This document shows positions 1-12,390 of a DNA stretch of 64,000 nucleotides, piece by piece (position 1 is the stretch's first letter; each line of letters begins with the position of its first letter). Both the position numbers and the translations under genes were made by a program. Source of the stretch: Proteromonas lacertae (Eukaryota); the NCBI GenBank assembly GCA_002245135.1, contig NGBS01000611.1, positions 1-64,000 of the forward strand, given 5' to 3'. The notes beneath the pieces are model-generated. The model saw only the letters and a list, made by a program, of their open reading frames with translations, was not told the origin of the DNA and ran no database searches.

Positions 1-1
1 T

Positions 2-1150
2 GTGATTCCATTCAAGAATGGTGAATTGCAAGGACAAATAGTTTTTTTAAAAGCGAAGAATTCTAAATCAGAAGAATTATTGAAAGTTGGACAAGATAAA
101 GAATTGAAGTTATCAAAACAATTGTCAGACCTTATCTTAGAGAATGATAAGCATCAAAAGGATTTAGAGACAAAGACTAAAGAATATCAAATAGAATTGA
201 GTAAAAACCAATTGAAATTAGAGAAATATATTGCTGATATAGGTAATATGCAGGAAGAATAAAAATAACTCAACAAAGAATGAATTGTTAGAAAGTGATT
301 TAAATACGACTACAATAAAATATAACAATCTCCAAAAAGAGTTTGAAGCATTGCAGAAGAGGTATGAACTTTGTGAAGAGAAAGTAAGATTTGTGTTGCA
401 AATCACTCATCATTAGATGGATCATCACAATCTGCAGCTTCATCTCCATCAAAAATACCTCCACCACCATCTACAATGCATGATTCTGCATTAGAAGGAA
501 AAGTAAAGGAATTAAACGAAGAAATAGAAAGATTAAAAGGAGAGAATCAAGAGAAAGATTCAACAATTGATAATCTTCAAGCAATTATTGAAGATTTGAC
601 AGCCAAATTACAAGATTATGCAGATCAGACAGATGAATTAATGAGGAAAGCAGGTGAGGAATCAGATAAACATAAAGTGAATGAATTACAAAAAGCTAAG
701 AAGAATGTGGATAGTATTGATTTTTTTTTTATTTTTAATTAAATAGAGGCTGTAAAGGCTGTAGTGGATAGAAAAACACAATTTCAGGAAATTAGAAGAT
801 ATGATACTATTCCAAAACAACCTGCAATTATTACCATCATATGTTGTTTACACTTATTGAATCATGAAGTTGATGTGAATAGTAGTTCCTTGACACTAGC
901 TCAATGGAATTATATTAGAAATTTCTTTAAATATTCGTTGGTGGTTGAAATATCTGAGTATAACATCATGGATAAGCTTGATGATGACGAAGTGAAAGAG
1001 AAGATAGGTATAATAAGAGAACAAATTCAGAAATGTAATAGTAAGGAAGTTTACTCTGCTTCATCAGTGATTGGCGCAATATATGATTGGTTAAATGGAT
1101 TAATTGGTTTGTATGATACAGCTATGAATGAGAAGGAGTTAATGTCATAG
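2..1150 (+). CDS. Coiled-coil protein with C-terminal dynein stalk microtubule-binding-domain-like fold (5' partial; paralog 1)
   Basis: ORFs 2-262, 476-742 and 764-1150 join through apparent indels and a GT-AG intron at 714-746. The C-terminus FQEIRRYDTIP...QWNYIRNFF...VYSASSVIGAIYDW is homologous to the genes at 4237 and 5902. Confidence 0.6.
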
Positions 1151-1267
1151 TATTATTATCGCTTAATTATAATTTTTATATTTTTAATGTATTATTCATG
1201 TAAATGAAATTTGGGAATAAAATAAAAAAATATTCGTTTCTTATTCCATTTCTAATTTTTTTCTTAA

Positions 1268-3341
1268 ATGGCTCTAGAATACGATTCTTCAGCATTTTCA
1301 TATTTCATATTCACTTGTCTAGTGATTTATTTCATTCCAGCAACTTTATTTGTAATATGGAGATGTTACAAAGCAGTAAGAAGAAATACTGTTGTTGAGA
1401 ATGCAAGAACAGAAGCTGAAAGGCTAAAACTACAAAAATACTTGAAAAGAAGACATTTACCAACACTTTGTGTACTAAATGCTTTTCTATACATTTTGTA
1501 ATATATATTGCAATATTTGCAATATTAGTGAATACAGTATCAAAACCTACAAACTCAAAATGAATTAAAAGGTTTTGATCCTTATGAAATCTTAGGTGTA
1601 GAACCAGGAGCATCCGATAGAGAAATTAAAAAGGCATACCGTAAACTCAGTTTGTTGTACCATCCAGATAAAAATCCTGGGAATGAAAACAAATTCATCA
1701 TCATTTCAAAAAGCTTATGATGCTTTAACAGATCCATTAGCTAAAGAGAATTGGGAGAAATATGGCAATCCAGATGGACCACAAGAATTCAAAATATCGA
1801 TGGGTTTACCAAAATGGTTATCTGAACAAAAAGAATCAGAATCTAGCCGTTTTATTTTATATGATATTTTTATTGGTAATTATTCCTGGCTTAGTATATT
1901 CCTGTTATCAATCTACCAAAGATGTATCTGGTGAAGAAGAAATATTAAATAAAACTCTTTATTATATTGTGAATTTCTTTTTCCAAACACTCCATTTAGA
2001 GGAATAGTTGAATTATTTTCACTATCTTCTGAATTTGTAGATGGAAAAAAATATCAAAATAAGAAGTGGAGAGCAACAACATCTTCGTGAAATGTACAAT
2101 CAAATGATCAAAGAGAATAAAATGCATAAACCTGGTGATTTATATCAACATACAGATCCATCTAAATTAGAGAATTTATCTACCAGTAGGATATAGAGGT
2201 TTAAAGACATTAATATTAATTCATGCATATATGAACAGATTACCTAATTTAAATGAGAATGATATGGAAGATTTACAATTTATATTACAAAAAGCACCAG
2301 CATTATTAGAGAATATGATTGGAATGGTATTTCATCCACAATGTAGAGCCAATCATATATATTCAGTAGTTAATACAATTATTACATTCTATCAATGTAT
2401 GATGCAAGGATTAAGTCCTAAGGATTCAGAATTTAAACAATTTCCATATTTAGGTGATGATGAAATAAAACATATTGTGGAAGGTAAAAAAGGTGTAAAA
2501 GGATTGTTGGAATATTTGTGTTTACCTGAGTATATATTATATAATTTATTATATTATATATTATAGTGAAGAGAAAAAAGGATTGAAATATTTAACTGAA
2601 GAACAAAGAATTGATATCTACAAATCATGTAAAATATTCCCAAAGTATGAAGTTAAAATCCATCCAAATGTTGGTGGTGAAGATATTATTATTCCAATGG
2701 ATTTAGTCACTTGTAGTGTCACAATAACTAGAAAGAATTTAGAAGAAAATGAAGACTCAATTGGACCAGCCTATTCATTATCATATCCTCTACCAATTAA
2801 AGAAAAAATATATTTATTGATAACACAAAGCACTATTGTCAATATGATTGACAATATAAAGAAGAAAACAATGCATCAAGAGAAAATAGGTGTAATAATT
2901 GGATTTGAATTCGCCAAGAATCAAGAAAGAGAGTTTACAGTAGATATTAGATTCCCAGCTCCACCAAGACCAGGATTATATAATTTTATATTATATGTAA
3001 AACCATCATGTTATAGAGGTTTAGATCAAGAAATACCATTTACTATCAAAGTAGATGAATCCAATGCAGTGAGTGAGAAACCAATAGATAAAGAAGATGA
3101 AGAAATTTTGAATAATTATAATGGACCTTTAGATTTATTACAAGATCATAGTAATAGTGAGAGTAGTGATAGTGAAGATGATAAAGATGATTCTGATAGT
3201 GAGAATGATATTGATAAAATACCTGACAAAAAGAAAGGAAGTGATAATGATGATGATGAAGAAGATGATAATGATGAAAATAATAATAAGAAGAAAAAGA
3301 ATAGTGATAGTAGTAGTAGTAGTGATTCTGACAGTGATTAA
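1268..3341 (+). CDS. SEC63: ER translocon subunit Sec63 (TM + J domain + Sec63/Brl domain + acidic tail)
   Basis: N-terminus [14 protein letters not shown] domain FDPYEILGV...[16 protein letters not shown]...[19 protein letters not shown]; acidic C-terminus. Intron near 2530-2566. Several small frameshifts at 1490-2200 are probably assembly errors. Confidence 0.9.
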
Positions 3342-3403
3342 TTAAACTAAAAGAGTTATGAAACATAAGAAATTACGATTTTTATTATTATTTTTTTATT
3401 TAA

Positions 3404-4163
3404 TTATTTTGATCTTTGTTTTTTCCATTTATAAACCGGTGCTTCTCCATTTTCACCTTCTGATACTTTGATATATTTACCTTTTCTCATTAAATTCCTC
3501 TGGCTTTGGACATGATCAATAATTCGTTTAATTTCTTTAGTTTTTGTCTGATATTCATTCAATTCTTCTTTTGTCTTGTTTTGACCTATTTGAATCTGTT
3601 TTAATGTATCTATATCTGAATTACCAATAAATATATTCTTCTTCAAATCATCTTTTCTAATTCTGTTGAATGTTCTTGATACTAACTCAGGTTCTGTGTC
3701 AAAATACTCAGCAGCATCAAAATTCTGTACTTGTTCTTCTTCATCGAGGAAAATTGTGTGTTTTGGCTTTGCATTTGGTAAAATATGAAAAGTTGATTGA
3801 AGTTTTTCTGCTTTTTTCATATTCTCCTGTTTCTTTGATGTTAAAAACTCATAATCTTGAAGTTTTGCTTTTTTAACTTTTTCTTTATCTTCTTCAGTAG
3901 TCTCTCCATTTCGTTGCTATTCAAATAACAATATTTATCTATAGAAATACTTTTGATATTGAAATCATCTTGCAATAGAATTCATCTGGATTTCTGAGTG
4001 ATGCTTTAAGCATTAAGTTCTGTAGAAATTGTTTCTTGACATGATAGGCTTTAGCACGAGCTGTATAGTCTTTATGTTTTTCCAAGAATCCCAATCGCTG
4101 TCTTGCTTCAGGTTGAGATCTTTCTTTGTGTATTTTTGATTTGCCTACCTTTTTAAATGACAT
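3404..4163 (-). CDS. UTP11: U3 snoRNA-associated protein 11
   Basis: HKERSQPEARQRLGFLEKHKDY...RNPDEFY and C-terminal PVYKWKKQRSK. One 34-nt GT-AG intron at 3917-3950. Confidence 0.92.
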
Positions 4164-4236
4164 TATACAAAATTAATATGAAACAAGCCAAACTTATTTA
4201 TGAGGTTTGAACAAATCTGAACCGATAGTTGAGAAA

Positions 4237-5772
4237 ATGGATTTTGATGAAATTTATGGTTGGAAGTATAAAGAAGCACTTCAGGTAAATAATTCACTTG
4301 AAAAACAGCTTAAAATGCTGAAAGATTTCTCAAAAAGGTTTGAAGGTATTGTTGATGGCAATCAATCCTCAAGGGAAGAGCTTAGAAAAACAAAAGAAAA
4401 TAGAATCAATAAACATAATGAATATATTCAACAATGTGAGAAAGAATTAGAAGATTTCGAAGTGAACATGGCCAATAAAGAACAAACAATAGAAAAACAA
4501 GCAAATGAAATTTCAGAATTAACAGCAAGAGCTAAAGAGGATAAGGCCACAATCAAGAAGTTTAAATCCGAAAAAGAGAAATTACTCCAAGAAATCCGTG
4601 TACATCAAAAAGAAATTGATCGTTTAAAGCAACAAATAGAAGAATACCTCAAAAAATGGAAGTATTGTTTAACTCACCATAATGAGCAAGAAATAGCTGC
4701 ACAGAGAGCAGAAGTAGCAGGTTTAGAAGAAGAATTAGAAAATTTACAAGATCAACATGATGATATAAAACGTGAATGTGATAGAGTTCAAAATGAAGAT
4801 CCTGAATTATTAGATTTAAAGAATCAATTAAGAGCCAAAGAAGGTGCTTACAGTGATATAAATAAACAGAACCAACAATTAAGAAATCAATTAAATTCAG
4901 TGAGAGAAAATATCAGATTAAAGGATTTATTCCAATCTGATCTTCAAAAAGAAATAAGAGATAAAGGCGAAAGAATAGAATCAATTGGTAAACGTATTGT
5001 AGGATTAAAAGACAAATTAAAAGAATTAGAGCAAGAAAGGGATGAAAAAGATCGATTATTAGCAGAGCAAACATCTAAATTAGACGAAGAAAACAAGAGA
5101 CTGGAAGATGTAAAAGATCAAATTCCAAAACCACCAACATCAAGACGAGGAAGTACAAGTAATGGCGCAGGAGGTAGTAATAGTTTCTCATTTGAAGGTG
5201 CAGATATAGAGAATGAAGAAGAACAAGAAGATGATTTCTATAGAAGAATGAGCACTTTAAAGCGAAGAGTAAGATATGCAGTAAAGACTATATTATCATT
5301 GAGATCACAATTTGCTGAGATTAGAAGGTATGATAAGATGCCTAGAGTTGGACCTTTGAAGATATTAATGTGTGGTTTATACTTGACAGATCATATTAGC
5401 TCAGAAGAATTTGGAATGGAAATAACAGAGATAGTACAATGGAATTATCTTAAGAATTTCTATGGTTATTCTTTGGTTATTGAATTTTCAAGATTTGATA
5501 TTGAAGAACATTTAAGTGACTATGATATTCCGATTATAGAGAATATTAGAACAGCTGTGGCTCATATTGATATTGATGATGTTAATCAGTACAGTCGTTG
5601 TATTGGTGCTTTACAAGAGTGGATGCAGACTATGCTTATGTTGTATGATGCTAAGGTAGAACAGTTAGAAAGAGAAGGTAAAGAAAGACCAATGATCGCT
5701 AAACCTGTTTCTCGTTTTGGTCCTGATTATCATTCACCTTTGAAATTAAAAACTGACGATGATGATGAATAA
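4237..5772 (+). CDS. Coiled-coil protein with C-terminal dynein MTBD-like domain (paralog 2)
   Basis: Single long ORF with first ATG at 4237. About 300 aa of heptad-rich sequence, then FAEIRRYDKMP...QWNYLKNF...SRCIGALQEWMQTMLMLY. Confidence 0.7.
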   Translation: MDFDEIYGWKYKEALQVNNSLEKQLKMLKDFSKRFEGIVDGNQSSREELRKTKENRINKHNEYIQQCEKELEDFEVNMANKEQTIEKQANEISELTARAKEDKATIKKFKSEKEKLLQEIRVHQKEIDRLKQQIEEYLKKWKYCLTHHNEQEIAAQRAEVAGLEEELENLQDQHDDIKRECDRVQNEDPELLDLKNQLRAKEGAYSDINKQNQQLRNQLNSVRENIRLKDLFQSDLQKEIRDKGERIESIGKRIVGLKDKLKELEQERDEKDRLLAEQTSKLDEENKRLEDVKDQIPKPPTSRRGSTSNGAGGSNSFSFEGADIENEEEQEDDFYRRMSTLKRRVRYAVKTILSLRSQFAEIRRYDKMPRVGPLKILMCGLYLTDHISSEEFGMEITEIVQWNYLKNFYGYSLVIEFSRFDIEEHLSDYDIPIIENIRTAVAHIDIDDVNQYSRCIGALQEWMQTMLMLYDAKVEQLEREGKERPMIAKPVSRFGPDYHSPLKLKTDDDDE

Positions 5773-5901
5773 GAATATAGTCTATATATGTCTAATCTTT
5801 ATATATTAATGTGAAAATTTGATATTTTTTATTTTTGGAATAAATTCTAAAATTAGAGTCGTTTCAGGACTAACAGATTTTTTTTTATATCTAGCTGTAG
5901 G

Positions 5902-7361
5902 ATGTCTAATCAGGACACATTCGAGTATAAATATAACGAAGAAATTAAAAAGACCGGCATACTCCAAGAGGAAATTGATAAGATAAGAAAAGAGAATGAA
6001 TCGAAACATGAAGCTTTTCAGGATGGAAAATCACAGAAAGACATAGTAATAAATGAACTAGAGCAAGTGAATGAGACGATAGCGCAATATAAGAAAGAAA
6101 TGGAAGTGAAACGTAAAGAAAACGCTTTAGCTCTTAGTGAGAAAGTACAAATAATAGAAAATCAACAAGATGATATGAAATCATTAAATGATGCTTTAAA
6201 AGAAAACAAAATAGTGATTAAATCCTTAAATGCAGAAAAGTCACAGTTACAAAGAGAAATATTGGTAGATATTAAAACAATAACTCGTTTAAAAGGTCAA
6301 TTAGATGAATTAATAAAGAAATGGAATTATTGTAGAACTCATCACAAAGAGAGAGAAATTGCAGCTCAAAAAGAAAGAGTAAAGTTGTTACAAGAGAAAA
6401 TCAACGATTTTAGAAAGAAAAACGAAGATTTAGAATCAAAATTGAACTTCCTTCGTAATGATAAAAGTCGTATACTTAATTTAAAAGAACAAATAATGAA
6501 GAAAGATAATCAATTAAGTGAAGCCTCAAAAGATAATAAAGTCTTAAAGAAACAATTAGAAGAATTCCGTCAGAACTTGAGAGAGAAGGATAATATGGAA
6601 AAAGAACTGCAAAAGGAGTTGAGAGATAGAAATGAGAAAGTGAGATTAATTGGTCAAAAAATTACATCGTTGAGAGTAAGAGCAAAAGATATAGAAACTG
6701 AAAATGCGAAAAAGGAAAAAGAAATTAATGAAACAAGACAAAAGATTGAAGATTTGTCTGATCAAACTGCAGATTATCAAATGCAATTATTGAAGACTTC
6801 TAGAAGAAATAGTGCTTCATTTGTATATATATATTATGTATTATATTATTAAAAATATAGTCGTTTGATGGTGAATTTCCGATGGATGAAGATAGTCCAA
6901 GTGATGATTTAGCTAGAAGGATGAGTACTTTAAAAAGAAGAGTGAGATATGCTGTAAAAACTATTTTATCATTGAGATCACAATTTGCTGAGATTAGAAG
7001 ATATGATAAGATGCCTAGACCTGGTCCATTAAAGATATTAATGTGTGGTTTATACTTGACAGATCATATTAATGAAGAAGAGTTTGATATGAATATAACT
7101 GAAATGAGTCAGTGGAATTATCTTAAGAATTTCTATGGTTATTCTTTGGTTATTGAATTTTCAAGATTTGATATTGAAGAACATATGACTGCTTATGATG
7201 CTCCAATTTTAGAAAATATAAGAAATGCTGTTAAGAATATTGATGTGAATGATGTGAACCAGTATAGTCGTTGTATTGGTGCTTTGCAAGAGTGGATAAC
7301 TACAATGTTAAATCTCTATGATGCCAAAATTGAACAGATACAGAAAGAAGGGAAGTATTAA
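5902..7361 (+). CDS. Coiled-coil protein with C-terminal dynein MTBD-like domain (paralog 3)
   Basis: ORFs 5902-6852 and 6882-7361 are joined by a phase-0 intron at 6823-6860. The C-terminal domain is nearly identical to paralog 2. Confidence 0.7.
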
Positions 7362-7709
7362 TTTAGTAAAAAAATATACAAATCGAATTATAGTTCTTAA
7401 ATGTTTATCTTCTTCACCATGTTTATTTTTTTGTATATAAACATAATAAGATGATGGAAAGAGAATTTAAAAAAAATAATTAACAAAAGCTTAACAAACA
7501 GAAAAACTGTTTAAATAATTGCTTCTATATCACAATTTCATATTTTTTCATTTCATACTCTTTCTAGTTCTTATAAACTTCGAGTTTAAAAAATTTGGAT
7601 CAAAGAATAACTGATTCATCATTCACATTTTTGACCGTTTCATAAATTTAAACCAATCATTGCATAGCAGTTGAGTTGTAACAAATTTCATTCTCTATTG
7701 CGCTTAATA

Positions 7710-10312
7710 ATGAGTAAATTAAACATTTACTATAGTATAAATACATTATTTATATATTAGTATGCATATTTGCACTAATCTTCGTTTGCGTAAGTGGCTT
7801 TAGTGATCTAAGAAAAGATCAGAATAAAAATCCTTTAAAAGTAGTGAATCATGGACCTTCCTCAAAACTAGTTGAGTATAAACTCGAATCTCTACTTGTA
7901 CATAGTAATTCAAATGAAGGTGAAGATTTAATTGTTAAGAAACGTATTAATATTGATGAAGAAAGAGAATTGGATGTTACAGGATCAGAAGATGAACCTT
8001 CAGGAAGTACTAGTTCAACAGCTGATGTAACAACAACACCAGCTGCAACAGGATCTACAGCTCCAATAACCGAATCTACTGGAGCAACAACTGAACCAAG
8101 TGATGCTGGAAAGACAACTCCAGAAGCAACAACAACAACATCTGGTGGAGATGATGTTAATACCAATGATGGAGATGAACCACAAACAACTCATCCTTCG
8201 ACAACACCAGAAAGTACAACAACTCCAGAAGAAGAAGGCACTACTGGAACAGAAGAAGAAGGAACAACTCCACAAGCAACAATACTTGATAAATTATCTT
8301 GCCCATTTGAAAGAACACGTTATGTATATGTTAAAGGTGATAAAAAGACAATAAATTTAAGAAAACTTGAAGAAAATGATAGTAATATTACTTACACAGA
8401 TATAACTTGTAATCCTATTTACGAAGGAATTTACTATGATAATACAACTAATGTCATAGTTGATACATCAGTTGAATATTCTGGTGTTTGTACTATACGT
8501 TGTAATGCTAAGGGATTTTCTGAAGGTTCATCATCTTTTTCTATTTCTATTGTTGATTATAAAGCAATTGGAATAAATCCTATATTATCAAGAGTTCCAG
8601 CTGTAGTGAACCTATCAAAACCATTCAATGTAACATTAGTATTACAATATCCATCAATTACAGATGCACAAGATATTCCAGAAGGAAAATCAATTACATT
8701 GAATTTCGACGATGTTAGTAAATCTGATTATAATATAACGCAAGATGGTTTAGGAGATGTAGAAGAATTGGCAAATAATTCTACATTTAGATGGGATGAT
8801 TTACAGATCAATTATAATGGTGATGATACAATATATGGTTTAAATCCTGTGACTGTTAATGTCAAAGACAATAAATTAAAGAGTTATGAAAATTACACAA
8901 TAAAAGTTAACCATGATGATAATTGTACATATAGTAATGGTTATGATGAAGAAGGTTTATGTTGTAATAGAACTTATCAAGGAGAATATTGTACAAAAAT
9001 AAAAGCTACTTTCACATTCAACAACAACGATGGTGATTTTGATAGCTTTAAAACCGCATTCGTAAATGGTGTTAATACAATTACTACTGGAAGTCCATAC
9101 TTTTCTCAAAGAATAGAAAGTGAATCTAACGGTAGAGTTTTATCTGACACAAATGCTATCACATTATTAGTTACATATATTGAAGGTGGAAGTAATCCAT
9201 ATGCAAATAGATTATCAACAAGATTATTACAAGGAGGTATTGATTGGAATAGCATTTTTAGTGATGGAAAAATTGATCCAATTCAATTTGGTACAGCATT
9301 ATTATCAATTGTAGGTCCAAGTGATAAAAGTGATGGAACTATAGAAATACCTCCAGAATTAAAAGGTACACCAATTGGTAATGCATTAAAGGATGTAGTT
9401 GAAAATAAAGTTGTCACAGATGCTGTTGCAACCATTACTACAGTAGCTGATGAACAAGGTATTACAAAAGATCCAAATAATTATTTCAAATCTGAAGCAA
9501 CAGATGAAAAAGCTCCAGATGAATTAGAAGTAAAACCATTTGATAATAATTCCAAACCTTGGGCAGAAGAATATTGGTGGGTGATATTAATAATATGTAT
9601 TGGAGCTGTATTAATAATCGGAATAATCGTAGCAATATTAGTAGTATCATTATCAAGTAGTGGTGGAAGTAAAACTAACAAGAAAGATTTAGAAAAGAGT
9701 GAAAAGATAATGGAAACAGTAATTCCAATCGAAAAGATAAAACAAGAGAATGAGATAAGTGATGATGATATTTATAAACCATTTAGTTATGAAGTAATAA
9801 TGGAAGGTTATTTATTAAAGAGTGGTCGAGATCGATTAGTTGGAAAATGGCAGCGAAGATATTGTGTATTATATTTTGAACCAGCTGTATTGAGAATCTA
9901 TGATTCGATGGTTCCTAGTTATTATGGTAAAGTATATATTGATGAGAAACAAAGTATTCCATTAGATTGTTATAATGGAATTGAATATAAAGATGGAAGT
10001 AATGAATTTACATTGGTATTGAAAGTTCGAGATTCTTCAATCAAAGCATTTGAAGCAGGTGATAAAGAGAGAAAGATTGTGATGAAAGTAGAAGGTGAAA
10101 ATAGTATAGAAACAGCGAAGAGATGGGTAGAATGTTTTAGAGATTTTAAGAATCAAAAACCTAAAGCTGGAGATGCTTGGACAAGACCTTTAATAATTGA
10201 TCAAAACAATGGAAAGATTTCGACAAGTACAAACAAAGCAGCTGAAAAGAAGAATGAAGAAATAGTGTTGAAAGCTCAACAAAGAAGACAAGCAATATCT
10301 AATTCCAATTAG
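7710..10312 (+). CDS. Type I membrane surface protein: signal peptide, Thr/Glu-rich mucin-like stalk, Cys-containing variable ectodomain, TM, cytoplasmic PH domain (copy 1)
   Basis: ATG at 7710 plus a 26-nt intron (7735-7760) gives signal peptide MSKLNIYYICIFALIFVCVSG. TM is WWVILIICIGAVLIIGIIVAILVV. PH motif VIMEGYLLKSG...KWQRRYCVL...AKRWVECF. Confidence 0.85.
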
Positions 10313-10415
10313 AATAAATTACATATAATATTATACACATTATTGTATTGTTATTGTTATTATTTTTAATAAAAAATAATCAAAACAAATAATTTATTAT
10401 TAAATAATGCGTAGT

Positions 10416-12065
10416 TTATTTTCCATTTTTCACATTCTTTGCTTGTGATGGATAAAATAAAACTAAAAACAAAGCAAATGAAACAAAGCCACCAACCATT
10501 ATAAATATTCCCAATAATCCAATACTATCTAATAAGATTTGAGAAAAAACTGCTGAAAATAGATTTGAAACAACTATTCAAAATATAAAAATATCTAAAT
10601 AATCATACTTTGAGAAGTGAATATCAATCCATAAATAATACTGAAATTCTTTCTTTTAAAAGCAATAGCTGTCATTGTAGGATACATTCCAAAGAAACCA
10701 CCAAAACAGAAGAAACTCAAACATACATATATTGAATATAACACTTTGTTTCTTATATAATAAAATGAAAATTGTAATATTCCACAAACTATACCCAATA
10801 TACTACAAGTCAATCTTTGACCAATTATATCACCTAATTCACCCCACACTATTCTTCCACCTGCATTAAATATGGAACTAATTGAACCAGTCCATGTTAA
10901 AAATGTATCATCACTTGTTACTCTATCAACTCCTTGAACTTTCCAATAGGAAGACATTATACTTACAGCTACACCATTTCCCATAAACATTAACCAAATT
11001 ATCCAAAACTTATATGATTTTATTGCTTCTTTAACTGTATAAACATGATCTTTTACTTCTTCTACTTTTATCTCATCATTTGGTTTTTCTTTTATATTTA
11101 TTGTTATTTCTCTTTCATCATCAACAACAGGAGAATTTGTTGGAGATGAATTATTACTTTTGATTGTTGAAGAGTGTAATGAAAGTGGATTTGATATTGG
11201 AAGTTCATTTTCTACTGATTTTTCTTCTTCACTTTTGATTGAAAGAATATCAATTGAATTAATCTCTTTTTCTTTGTTTTCTTTATTTACATTCTCTTTT
11301 GAATTTGATTGATTCAGTGACATTTCGATTATTTCACTGGTTTCTTTATCTGGTAAACTTATCATTAACCAACCAACCAATTCTAAACAAACATATATTC
11401 CACCTGTTACTAAAAACAATTTTGGGACATTTTTCACTTGCTCTTTTGAATAGTATCCATCCTATTCACATGCTATAAAGATAAACTATACATCACTTGG
11501 TGATTCTTTATTTGGGTTTATTATTGCCAACTGAATTTGACTAAAGACAAAGGATCCTAAACCAAAACCACCTACGATTATTCCATTTATCAAACCTTTG
11601 TATTTAGGTAACCATTTCATACAAACAGACATTGGACTAGAATATGCTATTCCAGAACCAGATCCTGCTAACAAACCATATACCAATATTAAACCAACGA
11701 AATTGTGACAAACAAGAGAAGTAACAAATAAACTAGCACATAGCAAAGTACATCCTATAGCCATAGTAATTTTAGCACCAAATCTTCTCTCCATTAAACC
11801 TCCCAAAGGCATAAATGCTGACTATGTGTATAAATTATGAAATTAGAATACTTGTCCAAATAATGACATAGCGAATGGCCAAACAGATATATTTTTACCA
11901 ATCGACTATATAAATATAAAAAAGAATGAATAATACAGGAGATCCATTATTTCTGATATATGAAATAACATATAAACTGAGATTACCCCATGAATATACT
12001 GCTCCCAATGTTAAATGTATTAAAAACCCACCTAAAACAGCCAAGAATGGCCTTAAATTTGACAT
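10416..12065 (-). CDS. MFS transporter, OxlT/OFA (oxalate:formate antiporter)/monocarboxylate-like
   Basis: LGAVYSWG, GGLMERRFGAK, KWLPKYKGLINGIIVGGFGLGS and FNAGGRIVWGELGD motifs. Four short GT-AG introns. Confidence 0.85.
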
Positions 12066-12239
12066 GATAATAAACTAAAGAATTTAACAGAATTTTTTAA
12101 AACACGTGTTTTTTTAATTGGAATTAATGTATGAATGTTATTTCATACAAAAAATATACATATCATGATATACTAATAATAAACTTAATTAAACTAAATT
12201 ATTATAATCTATTCTATTCTATTAAGATTAAGAATTTGA

Positions 12240-12390
12240 TTGTTGAATGAAGTATCAGGAACTGTCTTTCTATAAATAATGATGATAATAATATTATCTT
12301 TTAATATACATTTGGCTGTACCAATTGTTCTTTTCATAGATTTACTTTCAATATCTATTTTCAGTGGAGAACTTATTGCTTTTCTCATCA
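12240..12390 (-). pseudogene. Duplicated 3' fragment of the EXO1 gene
   Basis: The reverse complement closely matches 40411-40572 (...TCTCCACTGAAAATAGATATTGA...TCTATGAAAAGAACAATTGGTACAGCCAAATG...AGAAAGACAGTTCCTGATACTTCATTC). Confidence 0.85.

Noticed and set aside
250..2200. Programmed ribosomal frameshifting or stop readthrough (e.g. AAA-TGA near 1560 in SEC63; also CTT-TGA near 51010)
   Set aside because: The shifts go in both directions, mostly sit in homopolymers, cluster near the window start and hit an essential gene several times. Long-read indel error is the simpler explanation.
3046..3366. His/Tyr-rich ORF and similar short overlapping ORFs (e.g. 7849-8166, 56083-56601)
   Set aside because: Antisense or alternate-frame products of low-complexity coding regions with no independent motifs.
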